A DNA stretch of 34,625 nucleotides from Candidatus Campbellbacteria bacterium. Lineage in GTDB: Bacteria > Patescibacteriota > Minisyncoccia > Phycocordibacterales > UBA1006. The notes under the pieces are model-generated. The model was not told the DNA's origin. It did no database searches and worked only from the letters and a program-made list of their open reading frames with translations. Below are positions 1 to 9,016 of this stretch, in pieces (position 1 is the stretch's first letter; the number at the start of each line of letters is the position of its first letter). Made by a program: the position numbers and the translations under genes. The DNA lies in NCBI GenBank assembly GCA_002698305.1, contig NZWR01000003.1, positions 76,794 to 111,418 of the forward strand, read 5' to 3'.

Positions 1-2004
1 ATAGGTGTTGATGGTGAAGCAGATAATTCGCTGCCGATTTCACTGAATTCATTGAAACGATTTATTGCACGGGCCTTTGCCCCAGAAACAGCTACAGCGC
101 AATCACCTCAGGTGACAGGGGTAGGATTTAATACCATTGATTCAGGTCAAACGGGTACCGAGACTTGTTATGATACGACAAGACCTGGAGAAACATTCAG
201 ACCTGATGAGGTAAATGAAGCACTTCCAAATATTTTCTGTTCAAATACGATTACTCAAGGAGATGCGATTTCAAATATCAGTACCGAGAGAACGCAGCCA
301 ATCTGTTTTGATAACTCAACAGGAAATCGAGTTCAGGGGACTGGTATTGCAACCAATCCTGGGCTGACATGTTTTGAAGCATATGCATGTTACCGATATG
401 TCTGCCGACAAGGAAACCAGGTCGTTTCCCAGGATCTTTTAGGGACACCAGGGGTGGTGTGTAGTGAAGACCGTTCTGCTCGGGTGTTTGCTGATAATGA
501 TGATAGATTTAATCCAGAAATAGATGGCGGACCAAAGATTTGTTACCCATATTTTGGAGTTTCAAACCTTCAAAATCTTAGTCAGGCAGCAATTTGTTTC
601 ATTCAGGAAGGAGATACGCTGAGTTACCTACCAGGAGTAACTGCCCCTGATCCGTCTCGAAACATCAGCTGTGAATATCCTATAAACAGAACTGAAACTA
701 TATGTTTGAATGCAAACCAGGAAATTGTTCCAGCAACTGACCCATCCAAACGAATTTGTTTTGAGCCTTTAGGGACTCAAAATACTATTACGAATCAAGG
801 TGGGGTAACTCAGGGAATTGCTATTGGACAGGAATGTTCTGATCAAGCCCTTCCTGTACAGGAGCTCAAGATTCGTTTTGCACAGGTTGCCCAACAATTA
901 CGCCTCGTGCGCGAAGCCTTGCAGGCAGTAGGAGCTGATGAGGCGGCACAAAAAGTAAATGAAGCGGCAAATCTTTTCCACCAATTAAGTATTTCTAATC
1001 TTGGATCAATAGCATTGGTGCAAGAAGGAATACAGGCCCTTGAGGTTATTAAGGGATTACAAAATGGGGTTTTGAAAACAGGAAATCCTATCATAGATAT
1101 TATTGGAAATTCAGGACTCATTAATATTAATATTCCTCAAGAACTTATTGATCTTATTAACCTTCTTGAATGTGCTCTTGGATATCAAGAAAATATTTTG
1201 TGGCCACCACTCTTTGATATGCCTCAAGGTATTACTATTTTGCCAGGGCAAGAGATTCCAGAATTAGAACCTATCCAGCAAGCCTTAGTGGCAATGGGTC
1301 TGATGACACCAATCCAAGCCAATGGTGCACATACGGTTACCTCACAGCAAGCCATTATTCAATTTCAAATAGCCAACGGTCTTGAGCCAAACGGTATTAT
1401 TGATCCAAACACCTTACTTCTGTTAGGAGAAATTGTTGAAAACCAAGGAGAGCTTCTTGCAGGCACGAGTATCGCGACTATTGATGATTACTTTATCGTG
1501 ACCAATGGAGCGATTTCAAATAACGGACAGCAAATTCTAACAATGGGTGCCTATAACCCATCAGTTCAACAACTGCAAGTAACACTCTATGCATTAGGGT
1601 ATTCAATAAACCAAATTACCGGTCTCTTTGATGCAAATACCTGTGATGCCTTGCAAGAGTTTCAAGCTGCAAATGGATATGAGCCTGCAGGAGATACCGA
1701 TTGTATTCCTGGGGCTGCAACCATTGAAGCCTTAAACAATGCTATTAGAGAGAATGATTTACTTGGAGGTGGATTCCGTTTGAATGAGAATAATATTCTT
1801 GAAGGAACTGGACCTCTTGAAGGAAGCTTTGGGCCAGGTGAGATTGATTTTGGGGTAAATACAGCCTATGCAGATACTTTGAATGAAGGAGACGTTGTTC
1901 TTCTCTACACCTTCTTGGACGAAGAAACACTTTTAATTGCCCGTGATAGCGTTGTTATTGACGAGATTATTGAGCGCAGGGCAAACGAAGATATCTTTAG
2001 TTAA
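1..2004 (+). CDS. Large surface/secreted protein with two C-terminal peptidoglycan-binding (PG_binding_1-like) domains; 5'-truncated
   Basis: Frame is open from base 1 (IGVDGEADNSLP...), so the TTG at 52 is probably not the true start. PGBD-like motifs IQQALVAMG...AIIQFQIANGLEPNGIID and VQQLQVTLYALGY...GLFDANTCDALQEFQAANG. N-terminal part has many spaced Cys. Confidence 0.7.
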   Translation: MGVDGEADNSLPISLNSLKRFIARAFAPETATAQSPQVTGVGFNTIDSGQTGTETCYDTTRPGETFRPDEVNEALPNIFCSNTITQGDAISNISTERTQPICFDNSTGNRVQGTGIATNPGLTCFEAYACYRYVCRQGNQVVSQDLLGTPGVVCSEDRSARVFADNDDRFNPEIDGGPKICYPYFGVSNLQNLSQAAICFIQEGDTLSYLPGVTAPDPSRNISCEYPINRTETICLNANQEIVPATDPSKRICFEPLGTQNTITNQGGVTQGIAIGQECSDQALPVQELKIRFAQVAQQLRLVREALQAVGADEAAQKVNEAANLFHQLSISNLGSIALVQEGIQALEVIKGLQNGVLKTGNPIIDIIGNSGLININIPQELIDLINLLECALGYQENILWPPLFDMPQGITILPGQEIPELEPIQQALVAMGLMTPIQANGAHTVTSQQAIIQFQIANGLEPNGIIDPNTLLLLGEIVENQGELLAGTSIATIDDYFIVTNGAISNNGQQILTMGAYNPSVQQLQVTLYALGYSINQITGLFDANTCDALQEFQAANGYEPAGDTDCIPGAATIEALNNAIRENDLLGGGFRLNENNILEGTGPLEGSFGPGEIDFGVNTAYADTLNEGDVVLLYTFLDEETLLIARDSVVIDEIIERRANEDIFS

Positions 2005-2017
2005 TGTAATAAAAAAT

Positions 2018-2048
2018 AAAAATAAAGAGCACCGCTCTTTATTTTTTT
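2018..2048 (+). terminator. Intrinsic terminator
   Basis: AAAAATAAAGAGC-acc-GCTCTTTATTTTT hairpin with T-tract just after the stop at 2004. Confidence 0.75.
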
Positions 2049-2071
2049 ACCTTGGTTGCTATACTTTTTGC

Positions 2072-2422
2072 ATGATTGATCTTAACGAACAAAAAGCGAA
2101 GCTAGAAGATGAAGTAAAAGAATTGGAAAAAGATTTGTCGACTATTGCACGTCAGACAGATGACGGTGACTGGATTGTGAATCAAGAAGACATGGGAGAG
2201 TCTCATGCTGACCCTCTAGATACTGCCGATGATGTTGAAGAGATGGAAGAACGATTAGCGCGAATGGTGGTTCTTGAAAAAGAACTTGCCCAAGCAAAAA
2301 AGGCGTTAACTGCTATTGAAAACGGTAGCTACGGAGTCTGTGAAGTGTCAGGTGAGAAAATTCCTGAAGATCGACTTAAGGCACAACCGTCAGCAACGAC
2401 AACCGTAGAACACGCATCATAG
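2072..2422 (+). CDS. dksA: TraR/DksA-family transcription factor (degenerate zinc finger)
   Basis: Coiled coil with DxxDxA tip (DPLDTA), then ALTAIENGSYGVCEVSGEKIPEDRLKAQPSA. Start moved to ATG 2072, which lies 6 nt after TGcTATACT. Confidence 0.8.
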   Translation: MIDLNEQKAKLEDEVKELEKDLSTIARQTDDGDWIVNQEDMGESHADPLDTADDVEEMEERLARMVVLEKELAQAKKALTAIENGSYGVCEVSGEKIPEDRLKAQPSATTTVEHAS

Positions 2423-2445
2423 GTGTTTTTTGTTATACTCTCTTC

Positions 2446-2967
2446 ATGAAGAAAAAAGGATTTACATTAATAGAATTATTAGTAGTTATTTCAATCATCG
2501 GAGTGCTTTCCTCTATTGTTTTGGGAACCCTAGGTGATGCTCGAAATAGCGCGCGCGACGCTGCTTTCTTAACACGAGCAAAAGAACTACAGAAATCTAT
2601 TGAAATTTTTTATCTAGAAAATGATCGCTATCCAACCTCAGGGAGTGTGATTAATGGGGGTGGTGGTACCATCGCTGCCGCAAATAATTGCCCAGAGCCA
2701 TCGAATCCAACCTATAATGATAATTGGGATGAATTTGTAGCTGATATGGGGGGATACCTCTCACCTGGTCTTGGCGCGATTGACGGACAAGGACATAAAC
2801 ATTGTATGGTCTACGTTTTAGGAAAACATCCTAAATGTAACAAATATGCAGATAGCGCGTACAACATTATTTATACAACGTACAATACGACGTACGGAGA
2901 AGGAGGGGAAATTGACTATTGGGTGGATGGTGCAGGTGACACTCGCCACTGCCTCTATCCTTTATAA
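2446..2967 (+). CDS. Type IV pilin / type II secretion pseudopilin-like protein
   Basis: Class III signal KKGFTLIELLVVISIIGVLSSIVL with G|F cleavage site and E5; C-terminal Cys residues. Confidence 0.9.
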   Translation: MKKKGFTLIELLVVISIIGVLSSIVLGTLGDARNSARDAAFLTRAKELQKSIEIFYLENDRYPTSGSVINGGGGTIAAANNCPEPSNPTYNDNWDEFVADMGGYLSPGLGAIDGQGHKHCMVYVLGKHPKCNKYADSAYNIIYTTYNTTYGEGGEIDYWVDGAGDTRHCLYPL

Positions 2968-2990
2968 CAGGCGGAAAGGTCTGTTTTTTT
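2966..2990 (+). terminator. Probable intrinsic terminator
   Basis: AACAGGC-ggaaag-GTCTGTT followed by a T-run. Confidence 0.55.
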
Positions 2991-3004
2991 GATATACTTT
3001 ATGT

Positions 3005-4537
3005 ATGAAATACGCAAAGCTGATGGCAGGGCAACCAGAATACTTAACCGGAAAGATTGTTCAGGTTGAGATTGATATTTCTCGTGGGCTGCATGCTATT
3101 ACTATTGTGGGAATGGCATCAAAAGCCGTTGAAGAATCAAAAGACCGTGTTGGCTCCGCTATAAAGCATTCAGGGTTTACTTCACTTAATTCAAGAAATG
3201 AAAAGGTCATTATCTCACTTTCACCTGCTGATTTAAAAAAAGATGGTGCATACTATGATCTTGCTATTGCATTAGGGTACCTCCATGCGGCAGGTGATAT
3301 TGCTATAGCATCTCCTGAGACAAAAGTATTTATTGGAGAGCTTTCGTTAGATGGAGCTGTTCAGTCATTAGAAGGGGTGCTGCCAATCGTCCAGGCTGCA
3401 GCCCGCGAAGGATATCAGGAAATATATGTTCCGTATGCAAATCGCAAAGAAGCTGCAATGGTTTCGGGTATTGCTGTATATCCAGTAAAACATCTCAAAG
3501 AACTTGTTGCTCACCTTGATGCTACTCATCCAGACCATGCCTTCATATCACAACAAAAGAAAACAAAATTAGATACCCTAGCGCACCATGTCCCTACTAA
3601 TTTTCACGACATCAAGGGTCAAGAAATTGCCAAGAGAGGGCTTGAGATAGCAGCTGCCGGTGGACACAATGTGTGTATGTTTGGTCCACCAGGTACAGGG
3701 AAGACCATGCTGGCTCGAGCGTTTATAGGAATTGTTCCTGAGCTTAGTGATGCTGAGGCGCTTGAAGTAATTGGTATCCATAGCGTCTCTGGTTCGCTCC
3801 GGTATGAAAAAATGTCTAAAATTCCGCCCTTTAGGTCACCTCACCATACCTCAAGTTATGTTGCTATTGTAGGAGGGGGAGCAAATCCAAAACCAGGAGA
3901 GATTACGATGGCTCACAGAGGAGTGCTTTTCTTAGATGAATTTCCTGAATTTGATAAGCGCGTTATTGAAAGTATGCGCCAACCCCTTGAAGATAAAATA
4001 GTAACTGTTTCTCGAGCACGCAAGACTGTTACTTTTCCTGCAGACATTACGTTGATTGCAGCTATGAATCCGTGTCCGTGTGGATATTATGGTAGCGACA
4101 TAAATACATGTACCTGCAGTGCATATACGATTGAACGATATAAGAAAAAAATCTCAGGGCCTATTGTTGACCGCATTGATATATGGTTGCCGGTTGAACA
4201 TATTGATTATGAATCACTTACCGATGCACAGCATTCTGGTGAATCATCAGAGACCATTCAAAAGAGAGTGTGTACTGCGCGCTCATTTAGAACACAGAGG
4301 ACAGGTAAGATCGACCTGAATAATGCAATGAGCTCACGCGATGTTCAAAATCTTGATCTATCTGATTCAGTCCTCACGGTATTACGTCGTAGTGCAGAGC
4401 ATATGAAATTATCACCGCGTGCGTATCACCGGGTAATAAAGCTTGCACGAACGATAGCAGATCTCGAAGAAGCAGTCTCAATTACTGAATCTCATATACT
4501 TGAAGCATTGCAGTATCGACCGCAAATATATCAATAA
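3005..4537 (+). CDS. comM: ComM/YifB Mg-chelatase-like AAA+ ATPase
   Basis: ISLSPADLKKDGAYYDLAIALG, GELSLDG, Walker A GPPGTGKT, PFRSPHHTSS, LFLDEFPEF, AAMNPCPCGY, ISGPIVDRID, ARTIADL. Confidence 0.93.
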   Translation: MKYAKLMAGQPEYLTGKIVQVEIDISRGLHAITIVGMASKAVEESKDRVGSAIKHSGFTSLNSRNEKVIISLSPADLKKDGAYYDLAIALGYLHAAGDIAIASPETKVFIGELSLDGAVQSLEGVLPIVQAAAREGYQEIYVPYANRKEAAMVSGIAVYPVKHLKELVAHLDATHPDHAFISQQKKTKLDTLAHHVPTNFHDIKGQEIAKRGLEIAAAGGHNVCMFGPPGTGKTMLARAFIGIVPELSDAEALEVIGIHSVSGSLRYEKMSKIPPFRSPHHTSSYVAIVGGGANPKPGEITMAHRGVLFLDEFPEFDKRVIESMRQPLEDKIVTVSRARKTVTFPADITLIAAMNPCPCGYYGSDINTCTCSAYTIERYKKKISGPIVDRIDIWLPVEHIDYESLTDAQHSGESSETIQKRVCTARSFRTQRTGKIDLNNAMSSRDVQNLDLSDSVLTVLRRSAEHMKLSPRAYHRVIKLARTIADLEEAVSITESHILEALQYRPQIYQ

Positions 4538-4563
4538 AAAACAACGACTCGATCGTTGTTTTT
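4536..4563. terminator. Bidirectional terminator between convergent comM and M23 genes
   Basis: AAAAACAACGA-ctcga-TCGTTGTTTTT. Confidence 0.75.
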
Positions 4564-5566
4564 ATAATAAGAAGTTAGTATTCATTTTCTTACCGTTTGA
4601 ATACATAATTTCAAAGTGTAAGTGTGGACCAGTAGACCGCCCGGTTGAGCCAATAGCTGCAATTTTTTGCCCTTGGACAACATATGCACCAACGCCGACA
4701 TAAAGTTTGCTTGCATGAGCGTACAGACTGCGCGTACCATTGTCGTGTTCAACAATTAGACACTTTCCGTATCCCGAACCACAACTTGTTTTAATTACTC
4801 GCCCGGATGCAGCGGCAACAATTGGTGTTCCTGTTGACGCGGCAATGTCAATTCCGTAGTGATAGCGACCGCTTCGTGGACCGAATTTTGAACTTCCACG
4901 ACCTTGAGCTGGTCTAATGTATGCGCCTTTATTGGCGTTACTTGTTGATACGGCAACTGATGTTGAGATTGATGAACCAGATGATGTTGACCTGATTGCT
5001 CTTAGTACTCCGTTTGGAACAATAATTTTTTTCCCAGGAACAAGTTTTGTTGCATCAATATCATTAAAGACCGTAATGTCTTCAATTTCTACGTCATAGA
5101 GGTTGGCAATTTTTCCAAAGGTATCTCCTTTTTGAATAGTGTGACGTACTCCTGTTACTGGCAGAATACGTAATTCTTGGCCGGGTTTGATGTTCTTTGA
5201 ATTTCCATTTTCCCAAATAATAGTATTTACAGAAACATCAAATTGTTCAGCAATCTCTGAAAGGGTATCTCCTTCTTGAACCACATAGATAACAATACCA
5301 TCTGGATCAACCTCAATCTTCCCGGTAATAGTGTCATTGTCAGATACACCAACCTGAGGAGTCAGCAAAGCCAGTTTTTCATTAACAGAGTCAACATAGG
5401 GACCTCCTACCGCAGACGGTACCATAACAGCATAATCCTGAGACAGGACGTGAGTTCGCTGCGCGTTTGTACTATCTGAAGGGGTTTTCTCTAATTCGAG
5501 GGCTGAACTTCCAAGTGAAGAAAGCACTACAAAAACACCAACGCTGATGATTCCAATAAAAAACAA
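4562..5566 (-). CDS. LysM (x2) plus M23 peptidase, cell-wall endopeptidase; true start probably further upstream
   Basis: LysM motifs [19 protein letters not shown] and [18 protein letters not shown]; M23 motifs [19 protein letters not shown]; N-terminal hydrophobic segment. Confidence 0.92.
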   Translation of the reverse strand: MFFIGIISVGVFVVLSSLGSSALELEKTPSDSTNAQRTHVLSQDYAVMVPSAVGGPYVDSVNEKLALLTPQVGVSDNDTITGKIEVDPDGIVIYVVQEGDTLSEIAEQFDVSVNTIIWENGNSKNIKPGQELRILPVTGVRHTIQKGDTFGKIANLYDVEIEDITVFNDIDATKLVPGKKIIVPNGVLRAIRSTSSGSSISTSVAVSTSNANKGAYIRPAQGRGSSKFGPRSGRYHYGIDIAASTGTPIVAAASGRVIKTSCGSGYGKCLIVEHDNGTRSLYAHASKLYVGVGAYVVQGQKIAAIGSTGRSTGPHLHFEIMYSNGKKMNTNFLL

Positions 5567-5713
5567 ACCATGCTTGCGCAGAAAAGAATATGTCGTCTTC
5601 CCATCTATATGTGAAGAGTCTTGAGCATTATCAGTAATAAGCCAAATTAAAATCCATAAAAACTATGGATAGGTTGTATGCCATAATCATACCAAGACCA
5701 CATATTGTGACTA

Positions 5714-5743
5714 TTGACAAGTACCATATTAGTATGGTATATA
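5714..5743 (+). promoter_or_regulatory. Sigma70-type promoter for the 5765 gene cluster
   Basis: TTGACA (5714-5719), 18-nt spacer, TGg-TATATA (5738-5743). Confidence 0.5.
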
Positions 5744-5764
5744 TAAATCATACTTAACACTCAT

Positions 5765-8083
5765 ATGTCAAAAGAAAATCCCGAAAACAATAAAAAAGTG
5801 ACGAATGATATTACCGAGCTGGAGTCTCTTTTGAGTTCTCAAAAAACAAATGAAGAACTTGCAGAAGATGCAATTGAGAAACTTCAAAATTTAGATATCG
5901 CCCAAAATACAAAAGATAGAGACGCCGCTGTTGAAATACTGAGGACTTTACCTTCAAAAAGTAATGAAATTAAATTGGTGATTAATAGTTTACCACTCAA
6001 TAAACGATATGCGTTGTTGGCTGTACTACCTGAAGAACGAGAGCTTAAAAAAAGGTTAATTTATGACGGCAGTAAAAAATCCTGGGATGGCTCGAATGTA
6101 CGAAGAGAGGGAGAGTCTGATATTCCTTATGAAGATTATGTCACTAATTATAATAGTAAGTTTAAAGAAATTTCACCTTCGAATGTTAATAGTGAATACC
6201 TTGATCATTCTGATGGAGAAGTTGAATCACCGTTTTCCTATATACAAAATAAAATACATGAAGAAGATGGAAACGATGTAGTAAGCATGAAAGAGAGTAA
6301 GAATGGAGATAGTTTGAACGTTGAGTATAAAAATGGAACTCGTGAAAAAATTCAACTCGATAAAGAAGGAAAACCCTTTACTAAACGGCTTGAGGAAGAT
6401 GAGGTGACGACCCATTATAAAAAAGATGGAAGCGGAAAAATTACCCAAAAAGATTATCAGGCTGGATACAGTGTTGTAGGCAATGATCCAAAACATCTAG
6501 AAACTGAACAAGCAGGACCGATTACAATAAGCAGAAACAAGGAAAAGTATAAACAGTCACAAGGTGAACAAACAGAACAACCAATTCTTAAAAATATTAC
6601 TGAACAATCAGAAAATGAGACTGAAGAAGTTAAAGCAAAAATAAGCGAGTCTATTGAAAATAATGCTCAGCATCTTTTAGAAAAATCTAACTTTTCAGAG
6701 GAAGCTCGTGCGTATCGACGCTATATGATGTTTAAGGAAACAGATTCATCGCAGACATTAATTGATGATGCGTATGAAGAATGGCAAAAAGCAAAAGAAC
6801 GAGCGCTACAAAAAGAGGAGCCCGTTATTACCGCTGAAGAAGCGGCTGATGAAAAGCTGCGACAAGAACCAGTACAAGAACATGTTCGAGCAGATACAAT
6901 TATTGAGCAAGAGAATGCTACAACACGAGCCTTTCATCGTATGAAAGCTGTAATCGAAAAAATTAAAGAAGAAGGGGTTGCTGATTACAAAAAAGATTCA
7001 CGATATAAAAAATATTATGATGTATGGAATTCTCACAAAGATAGACTCCAGAAAATATATGAAAATGGACGTAAAGAAATAGCTAGTATCAATCAGCAGA
7101 TTGCATCGGCACAGAAAACTATTGAATGGATGAAAGGTAAAAATAAAAAGTTTACCAAGCCAAGCATGCTAATGCGTGAGGAGCGAAAGCTGCGTAATCT
7201 AGAGGTAGCCTTGCCAGCACTTATTAAAGCCTTAGGTGAAGAGGTTCATAAAAAGGAAGAGCAACAAGCAAAAGCTCCTAAAGAAAATAAAACGTCTTCT
7301 CGAAACTCAAAGGAAGAGAGGGAGGATAAAGAAAAACCAAAAAACAGTGCTGAACACAAGGAAGAGAAAGAAGAAAAAGCAAAAACCTGGCTCAGTCGAC
7401 GTATAGACACCCTGAAAAAGCACCCTAAAACATTAGCATATGGTGTGGTGGCTATTGCAGCAATACCATTGTTTGTTCATGTAGGTATGCGTTCACTAGA
7501 TCAGAAAAAAGAAAAAATTAATAAAGCTTTACTTGAAAAAGTAGTGCCAGTCACAACCTCAGCTAATGCCTTAGAGAAAGATACAGAAACCTATGTCGTC
7601 GAATCAATCTCAGAAGATGTGGAAGAAGAGAAGGAAAAGATTGAGAAGCCAGCAATTACGCATCAAAAAATAGAAGAGAAACCTGAAATAACGCACGTAA
7701 AAGAATCAGAGCCGTTTGAGCGTCACCCATCAGATAATCAGATTAAATTATTAGATAATATTCTTTTTGGAAAAGATAAAAACCCTGTTGAATATACTAA
7801 ACTCATAACTTTGGAGGGGATGAATCATTACTCCACGGTACTTAAATTACCTGATGGTAATTATCTTTTAGGATTTAAATCAGAGCGAGAACAAAAAATT
7901 GCTGCAGAAGCAGCATCAGCTATAAATTTGAAGATGGCTTCAGAAAAATTACTAGGCATCACCTATAACCAGGCATATACCAATAGTGAATATGATCAAG
8001 TATCAGGAAAACAAATTAGCTATAGCTATGTTCAGATAAACGCTGAGGAAGCGCAGGGGCTTATTAAGAACTTCAAACAATAA
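5765..8083 (+). CDS. Hypothetical charged coiled-coil protein with one predicted transmembrane helix (~aa 557-575)
   Basis: 772-aa E/K-rich ORF; hydrophobic stretch LAYGVVAIAAIPLFVHVGM; no family recognised. Confidence 0.75.
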   Translation: MSKENPENNKKVTNDITELESLLSSQKTNEELAEDAIEKLQNLDIAQNTKDRDAAVEILRTLPSKSNEIKLVINSLPLNKRYALLAVLPEERELKKRLIYDGSKKSWDGSNVRREGESDIPYEDYVTNYNSKFKEISPSNVNSEYLDHSDGEVESPFSYIQNKIHEEDGNDVVSMKESKNGDSLNVEYKNGTREKIQLDKEGKPFTKRLEEDEVTTHYKKDGSGKITQKDYQAGYSVVGNDPKHLETEQAGPITISRNKEKYKQSQGEQTEQPILKNITEQSENETEEVKAKISESIENNAQHLLEKSNFSEEARAYRRYMMFKETDSSQTLIDDAYEEWQKAKERALQKEEPVITAEEAADEKLRQEPVQEHVRADTIIEQENATTRAFHRMKAVIEKIKEEGVADYKKDSRYKKYYDVWNSHKDRLQKIYENGRKEIASINQQIASAQKTIEWMKGKNKKFTKPSMLMREERKLRNLEVALPALIKALGEEVHKKEEQQAKAPKENKTSSRNSKEEREDKEKPKNSAEHKEEKEEKAKTWLSRRIDTLKKHPKTLAYGVVAIAAIPLFVHVGMRSLDQKKEKINKALLEKVVPVTTSANALEKDTETYVVESISEDVEEEKEKIEKPAITHQKIEEKPEITHVKESEPFERHPSDNQIKLLDNILFGKDKNPVEYTKLITLEGMNHYSTVLKLPDGNYLLGFKSEREQKIAAEAASAINLKMASEKLLGITYNQAYTNSEYDQVSGKQISYSYVQINAEEAQGLIKNFKQ

Positions 8084-8085
8084 TT

Positions 8086-8325
8086 ATGAACGATTATCGA
8101 AACTATATAATAACTGAACTTACCAACAAGAGAGGTCACGATGATCCAAGCGACGAGTTAATCGCTCTTGTATTAGAGGCAGCCGTTTTGGAATATATTA
8201 CGTCATCAAACCTGGATGAAGATGTAATAAAAGAATTATCAGAAACTGAAATGATAGAGTTACTGCAAAACGCGGAGTTAAAACCCTATATTAATAAAAT
8301 AATACAAGACCTGGAAACAGAATAA
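8086..8325 (+). CDS. Hypothetical small acidic protein
   Basis: 79-aa ORF tightly packed between co-oriented genes. Confidence 0.6.
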   Translation: MNDYRNYIITELTNKRGHDDPSDELIALVLEAAVLEYITSSNLDEDVIKELSETEMIELLQNAELKPYINKIIQDLETE

Positions 8326-8335
8326 TAGATAGCAT

Positions 8336-8971
8336 ATGAACGATTTTGAACAATTAAAAAAAGATTCTATAAAAGAATTTGAGAACAATTTTGAACAAGC
8401 GAAAAACGAATCAGAACAGTTAACGAACGAGCAGAAGGATCATGATATTGATCGTGCCTGGGATCAAAAGTCAGAGAATCAGATTGCTTATGAAAAAAGG
8501 CAAATAAAAAGAGAAAAGGTCGGTGAAGAAGAGGTAGCGAAAAGGAACCGCAGGCAGTTTAGTGGTGTTGAGCCTGACAAACTTCCATACTTTGAAGATG
8601 GCGAACGCCAAGAGGTTTTGTATTCTAAAAACAACATTAAATTTTTTGACCAAGAAGATCTTGCTCTTATTAAGGAAGATATAGCTGAGGATGGGACCGA
8701 TGCGGAAAAGAAAATGATTGAACAATTACTTGAACGCCTTGATCATTTGATGATTCTCGAGGACAAAGCAAAAGATGCATTTAGAAATATGCTTGCTATG
8801 GAAAAGGGATCAGGTGAACGTGCTGCTGCATATCAAGAGTGGATGAATGCACGCAATCATGTTGTTGAATTTGAGCAAGCATCACTTGATATGGTATTTG
8901 CACAAAAATCAGATACTCCAGATTCTCATACTGAAGATACTAACCAAGACTCACTTCAGGAAGCCGCGTAA
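8336..8971 (+). CDS. Hypothetical helical protein
   Basis: 211-aa charged ORF in an operon-like arrangement. Confidence 0.7.
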   Translation: MNDFEQLKKDSIKEFENNFEQAKNESEQLTNEQKDHDIDRAWDQKSENQIAYEKRQIKREKVGEEEVAKRNRRQFSGVEPDKLPYFEDGERQEVLYSKNNIKFFDQEDLALIKEDIAEDGTDAEKKMIEQLLERLDHLMILEDKAKDAFRNMLAMEKGSGERAAAYQEWMNARNHVVEFEQASLDMVFAQKSDTPDSHTEDTNQDSLQEAA

Positions 8972-9016
8972 TAGCAGGCTTTTTGCATGCCCTATTCTAT
9001 TGGTTATACTGGGCGT

